The position numbers and the translations under genes are program-made. The notes beneath the pieces are model-generated. The model was not told where the DNA came from. It searched no databases and saw only the letters and a program-made list of their open reading frames with translations. This document shows, in pieces, positions 46,179 through 56,002 of a stretch of 64,000 nucleotides of DNA. Every line of letters begins with the position of its first letter. Position 1 is the first letter of the stretch. The stretch is from Actinomycetota bacterium (GTDB taxonomy: Bacteria; Actinomycetota; Geothermincolia; Fen-727; JAQUKT01): assembly GCA_028718945.1 (NCBI GenBank), contig JAQUKT010000002.1, positions 7,874 to 71,873 of the forward strand, in the 5' to 3' direction.

Positions 46179-47279
46179 TTATTCCGATTCAATCTGCTCA
46201 TAAGTTGGTATCCACTCGTTCTCCATATACCACCTGACGGTTTCAAACCATCCCTTCCTCAAGTCCGGATACCTGAGCTTGTAACCGAGTTTTTTGAGTT
46301 TCTCATTGGAGAAGTAGTATTCTCCTCTACCGAATGAAGTAAATCCCGGGTCGAACCTCGGGCTCATTGCTGGAACAAGACGATGCTCAGTTATGACTTT
46401 ATCCCACTGACTCTGGAAGAATTCGGTAACCTTCGTGAAGAAGATTTGTGGAAAATGGGAAATAGCACTTGCGCCGATTGCAATCAATTTGTTTGCGGAC
46501 GGTAATACTCTTTTTGTCTCAATTCCCACTGAGTTTAGCAGTACTTCAATCAATCCTCCGTATGGCATCGCCGAGTCATCTGAAACGTTATATGCCTGAC
46601 CAATTGCTTCGTCTTTTTCAAGAAGGAATGCGGCGGCACCCACGATGTCCTCCACATGAACGAGATTTGCATTGAAGCCATCCTTGGGAAGGGGGACCAT
46701 TTTCAGCCCTGTTTCTTTCAGCAGAACCGGGAGTCCAAGGAACAGACCCATTACATACACACATCTTGGTCCGTAGATTGTTGTTGGTCTGATAACGGTT
46801 ACCGGAAGGCCGTGAAGCTTGTGATAGCGAAGGGCGGCCTGCTCGCCGAACAGCTTGGTTATTGAATAAAGATTTATCGGCTTTTGGGGATAGTTCTCGT
46901 AAACGGGCGAATATTCCGGCGGGCCGTATGTGTCGCATGTGGAAAAATGCACGAAGTGTTTGACGCCTTTTGAAAGAGCCGCTTCACATGTCGTGACAGT
47001 GACGTGGTAGTTCGCAAGTTCATACTCCGGGCGCGTCATAAAATAATTCATGCGTGCTGCAGTATGCACGACCCTATCAACCCCGTCCATAGCCTTGAGT
47101 GCTTCTTTGAGTTTCAGAAGATTAGCAGGAACTATCTCGCAGTTCTGGCGTTCGATGGCGGAATAATCAGCCTCGGGAAGGTCGGTCGCGCGAACCTCGT
47201 ATCCTTTTTTCTGAAGCTCCTCGATCATAAATGGGCCTACGAACCCACACGCACCTGTAACGAGTACCTTTTCTGCCAT
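46179..47279 (-). CDS. NAD-dependent epimerase/dehydratase (extended SDR family)
   Basis: 366 aa with 'VLVTGACGFVGPFMIEEL' Rossmann motif and a YxxxK catalytic motif. Confidence 0.85.
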   Translation of the reverse strand: MAEKVLVTGACGFVGPFMIEELQKKGYEVRATDLPEADYSAIERQNCEIVPANLLKLKEALKAMDGVDRVVHTAARMNYFMTRPEYELANYHVTVTTCEAALSKGVKHFVHFSTCDTYGPPEYSPVYENYPQKPINLYSITKLFGEQAALRYHKLHGLPVTVIRPTTIYGPRCVYVMGLFLGLPVLLKETGLKMVPLPKDGFNANLVHVEDIVGAAAFLLEKDEAIGQAYNVSDDSAMPYGGLIEVLLNSVGIETKRVLPSANKLIAIGASAISHFPQIFFTKVTEFFQSQWDKVITEHRLVPAMSPRFDPGFTSFGRGEYYFSNEKLKKLGYKLRYPDLRKGWFETVRWYMENEWIPTYEQIESE

Positions 47280-47480
47280 AACGAAATCACCCCTCTCTTG
47301 TTTCGTTACATTTATTTTTCAATGAAGGCATTTAATTCTCTCTAATGAAGCCTCAAAAGTCAAATTTAGTTCATCCTTGCTCAGTGTTTTTAGCCGAGTG
47401 AGTCCAATTGTGGGTTTAATTTTGTTTTGATGATACTTTTCTAATCTTGTAGTATTCTCTGTGCAGGATAGGAGGGAAAC

Positions 47481-47975
47481 AATGTATATGTCGGTTTGCG
47501 GGAGTTCTCATTGTAACGAGGAAGTTGCGTCAACCGCTTACAAAGTCGGTGCTGAAATTGCAAAAGGGGGCACATCCTTGTATGTGGAGGTCTTGGAGGC
47601 GTGATGGATGCCGCTGCGCACGGGGCTTATGATGGAGGAGGGATGGCGGTTGGGATACTTCCGGGACCCGACAGGTCCGAGGCAAGCAAGTGGCTGAAAG
47701 TTGCGATCCCGACTGATATGGGACATGCGAGGAACGCACTCGTTGCTCTTTGCGCCGATGCCATAATTGCGGTTTCTGGCGGGTATGGGACACTTTCTGA
47801 AATTGCCCTCGGGCTAAAGATGGGCAAACCAGTTGTTGGGCTCAATACATGGGAGCCGGGTGAATGCGCGGAAGAGGAATCAAGAGTAATCAGGGCGGAA
47901 ACATGCGAGGAGGCAGTTTCAATTGCTGAAAAACTTGGCAGCAAGCCAGCACATTTCAATCCTGCCTTCGCATAG
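47481..47975 (+). pseudogene. TIGR00725 / LOG-like Rossmann-fold protein with apparent 1-bp frameshift near 47560-47600
   Basis: The N-terminal 40 aa 'MYMSVCGSSHCNEEVASTAYKVGAEIAKGGTSLY' end in frame at a TGA stop at 47602-47604. A neighbouring frame continues '(C)GGLGGVMDAAAHGAYDGGGMAVGILP...AIIAVSGGYGTLSEIALGLKMGKPVV', and the track ORF 47601-47975 is that second half. Together the two halves match a single TIGR00725 protein of about 165 aa. Confidence 0.55.
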
Positions 47976-48281
47976 GTCTAAGACAAATTCTAATCTACAC
48001 AGAATCGAGGTCAATGAAAGTTCAACCGGGTGCCGTTCCTGCTTCCAAACAGTTATTGAAAGAGAAACTCTAAAAGCCGCGCAAAAGAATGCTATTGCCG
48101 CAAAGGCAGGGGAATGGCCGTTGTTACTTCTTGTCCGGGAGGAGATAGATTGTGGTGGCCACCTGTTGTCAGGCACTATTCGAAAAGAAAGCATTTCCGC
48201 CGAAAACTTGCATTTGATGTTCGACATTCAGTTGAGAGCTGTTAGCTTAAAGCCAAGCGCGAGCTCGGAAAGGGGTTATTC

Positions 48282-49511
48282 TTGAGGGAATTCAAAGTTG
48301 TCATAGCGCCGGATAAGTTCAAGGGAAGCCTTACTGCAGTTGAGGCTGCAAAGTCTATTGAGGCAGGCGTAAGGGACGTGGTGCCGGAAGCTCAGATTGT
48401 ACTTTGCCCGATGGCTGATGGCGGGGATGGTACCGTTGAGGCGGTGGCTCAAGCGATTGGGGCTCAAATACACAGTGAAGATGTACAGGGGCCCCTTCCC
48501 GGCCAGAGAGTGCGAGCTATGTGGGCTTCATTCAATTCTGAAATGATATCTGGGCGGGAACGCACCGAGAGGCTCCTGGAGGAATATGGATTTTCTGTAG
48601 ATGCAGGAATTGCTTTAGTTGAAATGGCGCAGGCTTCGGGGCTTTCCCTAATAAGGCCAGTGGGGTTGAGAGACCCGATGAAAACAAGTACGGTTGGGAC
48701 CGGGGAACTTGTCAAGAGAGTGATGGATGAGGGTTTCAGACAAATTATCGTGGGAGTTGGAGGAAGCGCCACTGTGGATGGAGGCGCCGGACTCGCGGCG
48801 GCGCTCGGCTACAGGTTTCTTGGTTCGGGAGAAGCAAAGATTGAGCCATGTGGGGGATCGCTTGAGGAGATTGTGGATATAGATGTAGCGGGCAGAGACC
48901 CGAGAATTGAAGAAGCAAAATTCCTTGTCGCCGTAGACGTCAGTAATCCACTCTTGGGAGAAAATGGGGCGGCAAGGGTTTTTGGTCCGCAAAAAGGGGC
49001 AACGCCTGAGCAGGTTGAGATTCTTGAGAGGGGGCTTGAGAGTTTCTATTCACTGATTGAGGAGAGGCTTGGTGTGGATGCAACAAAACTTCCTGGCTCG
49101 GGGGCAGCTGGCGGACTTGCAGCGGGGATGGTTGCGTTCTGCGGCGCAAAAATTGTAAGTGGTGTTGAGGTCATATCGGCGACTGTTGGGCTTGAAGAAA
49201 TGATGGAAGGCGCCTCTCTTATTCTTACCGGCGAGGGGAACTTTGATGCGCAGACAACATCGGGGAAGGCTCCAGCAGGAGTTGCTGAAATCGCTTTTCG
49301 GAAAAGAATACCGGTTATTGTTCTTGCCGGGGGCATTGCCAGTGAGAAAAAGCCAAATGAGCTGACGGTCCCCGTCACGGTGGTTCCCGGTCCCGTTGCG
49401 GAGGATTACGCGATGGAAAATGCGCGGGAGCTTCTACGTCAGGGGACAAGGCGAACAATGGAGCTTCTCAGGCTTGGATGCCTCGTTTTTGGAGACATGA
49501 ACCCAGCGTAA
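48282..49511 (+). CDS. glycerate kinase (TTG start)
   Basis: 409 aa. 'KVVIAPDKFKGSLTA' N-terminus and Gly-rich motifs of the GlxK/GckA family. Confidence 0.85.
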   Translation: MREFKVVIAPDKFKGSLTAVEAAKSIEAGVRDVVPEAQIVLCPMADGGDGTVEAVAQAIGAQIHSEDVQGPLPGQRVRAMWASFNSEMISGRERTERLLEEYGFSVDAGIALVEMAQASGLSLIRPVGLRDPMKTSTVGTGELVKRVMDEGFRQIIVGVGGSATVDGGAGLAAALGYRFLGSGEAKIEPCGGSLEEIVDIDVAGRDPRIEEAKFLVAVDVSNPLLGENGAARVFGPQKGATPEQVEILERGLESFYSLIEERLGVDATKLPGSGAAGGLAAGMVAFCGAKIVSGVEVISATVGLEEMMEGASLILTGEGNFDAQTTSGKAPAGVAEIAFRKRIPVIVLAGGIASEKKPNELTVPVTVVPGPVAEDYAMENARELLRQGTRRTMELLRLGCLVFGDMNPA

Positions 49512-49672
49512 TTTGCTTGTCGAAGTCATTTTGGGATCGCATGAGGTTTGGCACTATAGAATTTTTACTGCGGATAGCAGGATGTTGGGGTATAATCAAA
49601 TTCGAGTTGGGGGATCTATCGAGGGAAATGTATTATTGCAAGACCTGACCCTCTGGAGGGGAGGCGCCTGTT

Positions 49673-52255
49673 TTGAATGGCGAAGAGTCCGATAGAGTGC
49701 TTGATGATGAATACGAAAGGGATGCAGTTCTTTTCGTTGTGAATTTGCACGCGGCTACTGTGAATATGCGTCTTTATCCTCCCACAAGTTCTATGGTAAC
49801 CGAAACAATCGAAAAGGCTTTTTCAATTCTTGACGGGCTTCTTTGCAAAGGTGAACGCCTCGCTATAAGTGTTGTTGAGAATAACCTTGTCGTGAACGGG
49901 GTAAGGCTCGATGATACCGAGCAATCGAGGACTCCGGTAAAGTCATTCGTTGCCTGGATGACAGAGCGCGAAATATCAAGCATTGATTTCTTGAAGGGTG
50001 TTACCCCTGAAGAACTCAAGAAACTTTTTGAAATTCTCGCGGGACTTTCTGATAGTGAAACAAGGGCAAATCTGCCAGGCATTCTTTCGGAGGCTCATAT
50101 TGAGCATATAACCGTGAACCAGAGAGTTTATGTTGCAATTTCCACCGGGGATGATGTAGCGGGAATCTCAGGTGGAATAACTGCCGCGGACCTTTCAGGA
50201 AGGAAAGAATCATCACTCGACGCATTGAAGGACGAGCTCCTTATCCGTTACCTGATGGGCAAAGTCAGCCTTAGCGATGTGGGGGAAGAGGATGTGAAGC
50301 AAATAATCGCAAGCCCCTTGAAGGTTGGCGGGCTGTTATCGAAATTCATTGAGGAGGAGGGTGAAGAAGGCAGCGGCATCTTGGTGAGAAGCGAAAAGGC
50401 TGAGGAAGCACTCGAGAAGCTCTCGGATATGATTTCCGGCGTCAAGGATGAGAGCCTCAAGGAAAAGCTCTCCGGGCAGGTATCTGAAGTGATTGCCGAG
50501 ATGGACCCGAGGCAAATGACAAGCGTCCTTTCCGGAGGAACACTGAAGATGGACATGGCGCATGTCCGTGAGGACGTAATAAGAATGATTACAGATGAAA
50601 AACTGCTTGACATTGTTGATGCTTTGATTGATGAGTACCTGGAAATGGGGGACAAGCCCGGCGAGCTCAGTGATGAGTGGACCACAGAGCATCTTCGAAA
50701 CCTCAATGAAGTTCTTTTACAACTCAAACGCGGTTCGCGAGGGGAGACGCTCTCGGACGCGATAGATGAAAAAATAAGAAAGGCAGGAATTCAAGAGGAG
50801 AGGGATAAAAGCACCGGCAAGAGAGTTCTTTCGGCATGCCAGATACTTGGCAAACCGCTCGAAGAAGAGCAGATACCCGATTTGGGCGAGGGTGTTGATG
50901 AGAATGTTTCAAGGCAGGTCTGTAAGCTTCTCGCCATGGGAGAAAAAGACCTTTCCTCGGGGATTCTTCTGAAACTTGTTGAGCATCTCAAAAGTGAAGA
51001 CAGGTCAATAAAGAGATATGCAGCCTCTCTCATCTTTGACACCTGGGATAATCTTGAGAAACTCGGACCTTCTGAGAGAATTCACGCGTCCTTCGCTATC
51101 GAGCCCGAGTTGCGAAGGAGTGCCATAGGGGAGACAGATTATCAGGTATTTGTTTTCGTTACCGATTGCCTCGCGGGAATATGCGCACTTTACTTGAAGG
51201 AGGGCCTTGCTGAGGAGGCATTGAAGATACTTGAGGTTCTCTCGGCTCAAAGTTCGCCTGAAAGTGGCAAGGAAATAGAGCTTAAGAGGCATGCGAGAAG
51301 GGTTTTCGAGGGGCTGCTTGGCTCCGAGGGGGCTGTTTCTCCGGTGCAGATACTATCCGAGCCTGACCGAGAAAAGAGGGCGAGGGTTGTAAAAGCCCTT
51401 TCGAAACTTGGTCCTGAAGGGATAGCGCCGATTGTTGATCTCGTTAAGGACAGGGGACAGATGGAATTCCGGGGAAGGGTACTCGAGGCCATAGGAGAAG
51501 CTGGTGAGGCAGGAACCGCTTCACTGCTTTTGGAATTAGGAAAGGACAATCCATGGTATGTTTACCGGAACTTGTTGGGCGTCATTTCCGAATTGAGGCT
51601 CGCCGGAGCGCTTGACCAGATTGAGGCAATGGTTTCACACCCCGATGAGAGGATAAGAAAGGAAGCAATAAGAGCGGCTGCAAGAATAGGAGACAAGCGT
51701 TCACTTCCTGTGGTGATGGAGAAAACAAATGATTCGAGCGCGTCAGTTCGAATGACTGCAGTCAGAGTGCTTGGTCTTTTCAAGGAGCCCGGGGTTGGTG
51801 ACTATCTTCTTGATATCATTGTAGGAAAGGGTCCACGCGGAAAGGAAGAGGAGCAGGCAATAGTCGAATGCGCATGCCTTGCTCTTGGGGACCTGAATGA
51901 TCCGGCTTATATCGATGATTTGGCTGGACTGATTCGTAAAGGCGGGGTTTTCAAAAAAGGAAGGGCTGACGAAGTAAGAGCAGCAGCCTGTGTTGCACTT
52001 GGGAATATTGGTCATGAGAAAGCAATTCCGGCGCTCGAGAAGGCGATGAAGGATTCAGCCATGATGGTGAGAAGCAGCGCCGAAAAGTCGATCAAGAAGA
52101 TTAAAGGGGAGGTTACCGCGCCTCAAATCGCTTCACCCAATGAGAGGGCGGAGATTTCACGGGGAACCGAAGGGAAGCGTTTATTGAGCAATGTTGGGGA
52201 GGAGAAACCCGATAAGTCGGGCATGGAGAGAAACGAGCCCTCAAGCTGGAAGTAA
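49673..52255 (+). CDS. large HEAT/PBS-lyase-repeat protein, function unknown (TTG start)
   Basis: 860 aa. C-terminal 300 aa carry repeated HEAT-like units ('ERIRKEAIRAAARIGDKRSLPVV', 'ASVRMTAVRVLG', 'DEVRAAACVALGNIGHEKAIPALEKAMKDSAMMVRSSAEKSI'). The N-terminal 500 aa are acidic and helical with no recognised domain. RBS GGAGG 8 nt before the TTG. Confidence 0.6.
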   Translation: MNGEESDRVLDDEYERDAVLFVVNLHAATVNMRLYPPTSSMVTETIEKAFSILDGLLCKGERLAISVVENNLVVNGVRLDDTEQSRTPVKSFVAWMTEREISSIDFLKGVTPEELKKLFEILAGLSDSETRANLPGILSEAHIEHITVNQRVYVAISTGDDVAGISGGITAADLSGRKESSLDALKDELLIRYLMGKVSLSDVGEEDVKQIIASPLKVGGLLSKFIEEEGEEGSGILVRSEKAEEALEKLSDMISGVKDESLKEKLSGQVSEVIAEMDPRQMTSVLSGGTLKMDMAHVREDVIRMITDEKLLDIVDALIDEYLEMGDKPGELSDEWTTEHLRNLNEVLLQLKRGSRGETLSDAIDEKIRKAGIQEERDKSTGKRVLSACQILGKPLEEEQIPDLGEGVDENVSRQVCKLLAMGEKDLSSGILLKLVEHLKSEDRSIKRYAASLIFDTWDNLEKLGPSERIHASFAIEPELRRSAIGETDYQVFVFVTDCLAGICALYLKEGLAEEALKILEVLSAQSSPESGKEIELKRHARRVFEGLLGSEGAVSPVQILSEPDREKRARVVKALSKLGPEGIAPIVDLVKDRGQMEFRGRVLEAIGEAGEAGTASLLLELGKDNPWYVYRNLLGVISELRLAGALDQIEAMVSHPDERIRKEAIRAAARIGDKRSLPVVMEKTNDSSASVRMTAVRVLGLFKEPGVGDYLLDIIVGKGPRGKEEEQAIVECACLALGDLNDPAYIDDLAGLIRKGGVFKKGRADEVRAAACVALGNIGHEKAIPALEKAMKDSAMMVRSSAEKSIKKIKGEVTAPQIASPNERAEISRGTEGKRLLSNVGEEKPDKSGMERNEPSSWK

Positions 52256-52503
52256 GTGATTTCTGCTTTCAATTCTGTTCAGGGCTTTCGGGCTTTCGAA
52301 CGTCTTTCCGTCGGAACAGACGGCGAGCGTTTTGAACCCTCTTTTGACTTCTCTTTTTATATGTAACTTATCCCTACGACATTCTTTTTTACATCATAGG
52401 AAAATACTGGTATTCTTGTCTTTAGAAAATTGGTCCGCCTTCATCTCTCACCTAAAGGAAGTGGGCTTCCCAGCGGACGGAAGAAATTAAAAGGGGTAGT
52501 TTT

Positions 52504-53019
52504 ATGGATGTTTCGATGAGAATGAGAGTTACTAAATTCTTGCTGGCTTGCATTCCGATTGCTATTGCGCTTTTCCCTATTTTGGGATGCGAAGGCACCT
52601 CTCGTACCACACCCCCAGAGAGCCTCGTGAGTTCTCCTTCTGGACCCAAGAGTGTTGAGAAGAAAGTCAAGATATTTCTTCTAAGGGGCGAGGAAATGAC
52701 TCCTGTCGAGAGAGCTTCCAAGCAGAGCGGGGTTGAGGCTGCCCTTGAGGAGCTCCTTTCTGGTCCCCGGGCGAGTGAGGAGAAAGCCGGAATAACAACT
52801 TCTATCCCCGCGGGAACAAAGCTTTTGAGTTACAGGCTGGAAGATGACACGGCAAAGGCAGATTTCTCGCGTGAGATTCTTTCGTATGGAGGCGGCTCCG
52901 CCATAGTTCAGGCCATAACGGGACAGATTGAAAAGACAATTCTCGCTAATGATGAGAATGTAAGAAAGGTTGAGATTTTTGTTGGGGGGGAACCAGCTGA
53001 GGAGGCTCTTCAACCCTGA
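52504..53019 (+). CDS. GerMN-domain lipoprotein
   Basis: 171 aa. Signal peptide plus lipobox 'FPILGC'. Germane-domain-like 'VKIFLLRGEEMTPVERAS...ALEELLSGP...AGTKLLSYRLEDDTAKADFSREI'. Confidence 0.6.
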   Translation: MDVSMRMRVTKFLLACIPIAIALFPILGCEGTSRTTPPESLVSSPSGPKSVEKKVKIFLLRGEEMTPVERASKQSGVEAALEELLSGPRASEEKAGITTSIPAGTKLLSYRLEDDTAKADFSREILSYGGGSAIVQAITGQIEKTILANDENVRKVEIFVGGEPAEEALQP

Positions 53020-53054
53020 TTTCTCAAGAGAATAAAATGCAGTGAAGCAAATAC

Positions 53055-53483
53055 TCAGTCATCTATAGTTAGTCTTTTTTGCATACGGATCGTTGTTCCC
53101 AGTTCGCTTGATGTCGCCTCGACCTCATCCATGAGTGAGTAAATCAAGAAAAGCCCACGACCTTGCTGCGCGAGCGGCTTCGGATCTTCTGGCGGAATGA
53201 AATTCCGGACCTCAAATCCGTGCCCCCTGTCACTCACCTCCACTGTTACACCTTCATCATGAATTCTCAAGACTATGTCAACGGGGCTCTCACAGTTGGG
53301 GTTATGCTCGATGGCGTTCTTGCACGCCTCATGAGTGGCGGTAATTATGTCACAGATGTGTGGGGAAATCGAACTGAAGGGCTCAAGAGTGGAACGAATG
53401 AATTCGCGCACACTTGCCAAGCTCGCCCTGCCTGGATACATTGCGTATCTTGACATCTTTCTGCTCTTTTTTTCAGGGCTCAT
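53055..53483 (-). CDS. anti-sigma factor serine-protein kinase (RsbW/SpoIIAB-like, HATPase_c)
   Basis: 142 aa. 'HEACKNAIEH' N-box, 'VSDRGHGF' G1 box and 'GRGLFLIYSLMDEV' G2 box. No adjacent STAS or sigma gene. Confidence 0.7.
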   Translation of the reverse strand: MSPEKKSRKMSRYAMYPGRASLASVREFIRSTLEPFSSISPHICDIITATHEACKNAIEHNPNCESPVDIVLRIHDEGVTVEVSDRGHGFEVRNFIPPEDPKPLAQQGRGLFLIYSLMDEVEATSSELGTTIRMQKRLTIDD

Positions 53484-53708
53484 GAAATTGTTTTCCTGGC
53501 TCCTTGCAAAAACTCGTTAATTTTACATTTTCGCTGACTCCCAGTAAACAGGGGTTTCAAGAAAATTTTTTCAGGAAATTTACCAAGATCTCTTGGTGCT
53601 CCGCTTGGCACCTCTTGATTGAATGTTAGTATTGACCGATAGATTCGAATCTTGAATCCGGGTAAAATCTGGCGTATTGGTAACGGTACATTTCGTGAAG
53701 GAGGAAAG

Positions 53709-54260
53709 ATGCCTATCATAGAGTTCAACGGAAAGAAGCCAAGGATTGCCGAGGATGCGTTCATAGCCCCAACCGCTGTCTTGATCGGTGATGTTGTTGT
53801 AGAATCTGGCGCCAGCGTTTGGTGGGGTGCGGTCCTTCGAGCAGATTGGAATACAATCAGTGTGGGAAAGAGAACAAGTGTTCAGGATAACTGCGTTGTT
53901 CACTGCACTCTTACTTCTGGGACAAAAATAGGAGACGATGTCACAGTTGGGCACGCAGCGGTTATTCACGCATGCACGGTTGGGGACGGTGCACTTGTGG
54001 GGATAAACTCGGCTGTTCTCGATGGCGCGGTGGTGGGGGAGAGAAGCGTGGTCTCGGCAGGAGCGGTTGTTACTCCGAGAACTGTCGTTGAGCCAAAAAC
54101 ACTTTATGGCGGAGTCCCGGCGAAAAAAATCAGGGAACTATCCGAGGATGCGATGCGGGGATTTGAGTCTGGGAAGACCGCTTATGTTGAGCTTGCCAAG
54201 GTTTACTTGAGCAGGCAGGCTGGGAAAACGAAATCGTGCGGAGGGGATGGACAGGATTGA
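53709..54260 (+). CDS. gamma-class carbonic anhydrase family protein (left-handed beta-helix, hexapeptide repeats)
   Basis: ATG at 53709 preceded by RBS GAAGGAGG. 'IAPTAVLIGDVVVESGASVWWGAVLRAD...IGDDVTVGHAAVIHACTVGD' are LbH repeats, and the His ligands of the YrdA/PaaY type are conserved. Confidence 0.8.
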   Translation: MPIIEFNGKKPRIAEDAFIAPTAVLIGDVVVESGASVWWGAVLRADWNTISVGKRTSVQDNCVVHCTLTSGTKIGDDVTVGHAAVIHACTVGDGALVGINSAVLDGAVVGERSVVSAGAVVTPRTVVEPKTLYGGVPAKKIRELSEDAMRGFESGKTAYVELAKVYLSRQAGKTKSCGGDGQD

Positions 54261-54335
54261 TGGGCAGACTGTTTGTTTATGTGCACCTTTGGGTTAGAAT
54301 CAAATGCATGACGAGCGAATGGAAGGATTTGGGGA

Positions 54336-54704
54336 TTGAAAGGAGGCCCAATGGGATTTCTTGACAAAGTGCAGGAGACAATAAAGACAGCCACTGACCA
54401 GACCAAGACGAAGGCGCAGGAAGCCCAGTTTAAGCGTGAGCGAAACGCGAGGCTAAAGGATCTCGGAGAGCAGGTTTATGGGCTTTTCCTTGCTGGCAAT
54501 CCTGTTGACGAACAAATCGCTTCTGTTTGCAGGGAAATAGCCGAAATTGACAGAAAAATTGCTGATGCTGAATCCCAGAGTCAAGCGGCAAGACCAGGGC
54601 CAGGAGGGTCTTGCGGAATTTCTGAGAGTGGCGAAACGCCCCAATCCTCGGGAGAGACCAGCGGGCAGGATGTGCCTCCGCCTCCTCCCCCAAGCTGCGC
54701 GTGA
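54336..54704 (+). CDS. hypothetical small protein (N-terminal helical, Pro/Ser-rich C-terminus)
   Basis: 122-aa ORF with helical 'KVQETIKTATDQTKTKAQEAQFKRERNARLKDLGEQVYGLF'. No recognisable domain. Confidence 0.4.
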   Translation: MKGGPMGFLDKVQETIKTATDQTKTKAQEAQFKRERNARLKDLGEQVYGLFLAGNPVDEQIASVCREIAEIDRKIADAESQSQAARPGPGGSCGISESGETPQSSGETSGQDVPPPPPPSCA

Positions 54705-54842
54705 TTTTTTGACCGGAGCCTGAGGGTGAATCCCATGGCAGGAGTTCCAAAGGGGGGCAAAAACAGGGTAGTTAGCCGGAGAAGTGATATTTTTCACGTC
54801 TCTAATAATAAGTGGGCGAGATTCGGTGGAGGTAGAAATTCG

Positions 54843-55403
54843 ATGCCTATATTTGAAAGAAGAATGAAAGACTGCTGCATAAGGGTATTTTTTGCCGTTT
54901 TTTTGCTTGTGCTTTTTGTTCCGGTACTTCAAGGGTGCTCTCCTTCTTCTGCAAAGGAAGCAGCCGTCAGGTACATTGAGGCACGTGACAGCAATGACTG
55001 GGAAGGCGTTATGCGAGTGGTTCTTCCGGATAGGGTTCGTTCGATGACGCAGAGGGATATTGATTACAGGAAGCAGTTACTTCAAAAGATGTCTGAAGGG
55101 ATGGACTTTAATGTTGATAAAATGAAATTCAAGATCAGATACGAGGGAGTGGACCGCGCTGTTGTCGAGATAGTAGATGGAATTATCAATTTCAAGTCGC
55201 CTACATATCCGGAGGGGACGCTTGACATGAAGAAGATGGAAATCAGATATAAAGACCCTGCAACAAGAGAGGAGCATGTGGAGGTACTAAAGGGCGATGA
55301 CCTTGAGATGATGAAGAATAGCTTCGCAATAATAGATATGAAAAAATACAAAGGCCACTGGTATGTTGACGTCGACCTGAGTGCTCCCGAGGAGAGCTAT
55401 TAG
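54843..55403 (+). CDS. lipoprotein, paralog A (DUF4878-like; 'SNDWEG...VLP' motif)
   Basis: RBS GGAGG 9 nt before the ATG at 54843. Signal peptide with lipobox 'VLQGC'. 'AAVRYIEARDSNDWEGVMRVVLPDRV' parallels the downstream paralog. Confidence 0.55.
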   Translation: MPIFERRMKDCCIRVFFAVFLLVLFVPVLQGCSPSSAKEAAVRYIEARDSNDWEGVMRVVLPDRVRSMTQRDIDYRKQLLQKMSEGMDFNVDKMKFKIRYEGVDRAVVEIVDGIINFKSPTYPEGTLDMKKMEIRYKDPATREEHVEVLKGDDLEMMKNSFAIIDMKKYKGHWYVDVDLSAPEESY

Positions 55404-55522
55404 GTTATATTCAAGATGGATCGCTTTTTGTGCGGTACGCAGATTTATGAATGATCAATATGGTTGATTAGAGCAGATTTTCAATTATCCGAGGAAAGAC
55501 AAGATTCGAGGAGGTTTGACAA

Positions 55523-55978
55523 ATGGCCATTAGGGAAAAGGGAGTCCGCCTGATAGCTCTTTTTTCTTTTCTCGTGATTGCTCTAATTCTTCAGTGTGGA
55601 TGTGGGGGCGATTCTCCCGAGGCGGCTGTGAAGAAATTTGTCGGTGCGTGGAGCAGTAGTGACTGGGAAGGAATAAAAAAGGCGGTCCTGCCGGAGGATG
55701 CGAAGTTTACTAAGGAGCAGGAAGAGCTTGCTAAACAGAAGTTTGAGCAGATAAAGGTGAAATTTGAGAATGTCCGGATGGAAACGTCTTTTGATAAGAA
55801 AGATAGGAATAAAGCACGCGTGGTTCTTGTTTCCGGGGAAATTACTTACCAGGCGAGGATTGGCGGGAAAATTCAGAAGCAGGCAATGGACATAAAGAAG
55901 ATGGAAAAAAGCACTCGCCCTTATTTTGATTGCATCAGAAGAAACAAGACCTGGTACGTGCACAGAAAAATTGATTGA
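55523..55978 (+). CDS. lipoprotein, paralog B (DUF4878-like)
   Basis: RBS GGAGG before the ATG. Signal peptide with lipobox 'ILQCGC'. 'AAVKKFVGAWSSSDWEGIKKAVLPEDA' is homologous to paralog A. Confidence 0.6.
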   Translation: MAIREKGVRLIALFSFLVIALILQCGCGGDSPEAAVKKFVGAWSSSDWEGIKKAVLPEDAKFTKEQEELAKQKFEQIKVKFENVRMETSFDKKDRNKARVVLVSGEITYQARIGGKIQKQAMDIKKMEKSTRPYFDCIRRNKTWYVHRKID

Positions 55979-56002
55979 GATTTGTTTCCCTTGGAAGCTT
56001 TG

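Noticed and set aside
47923-48285. 120-aa plus-strand ORF spanning the TIGR00725-glycerate kinase intergenic region
   Set aside because: It overlaps the 3' end of the TIGR00725 reading frame and has an odd composition, consistent with chance occurrence in an intergenic promoter region.
53636-53655. 'GATTCGAATC' resembling a tRNA T-loop
   Set aside because: No acceptor, D or anticodon arm could be built around it. It lies in the promoter region of the gamma-CA gene.
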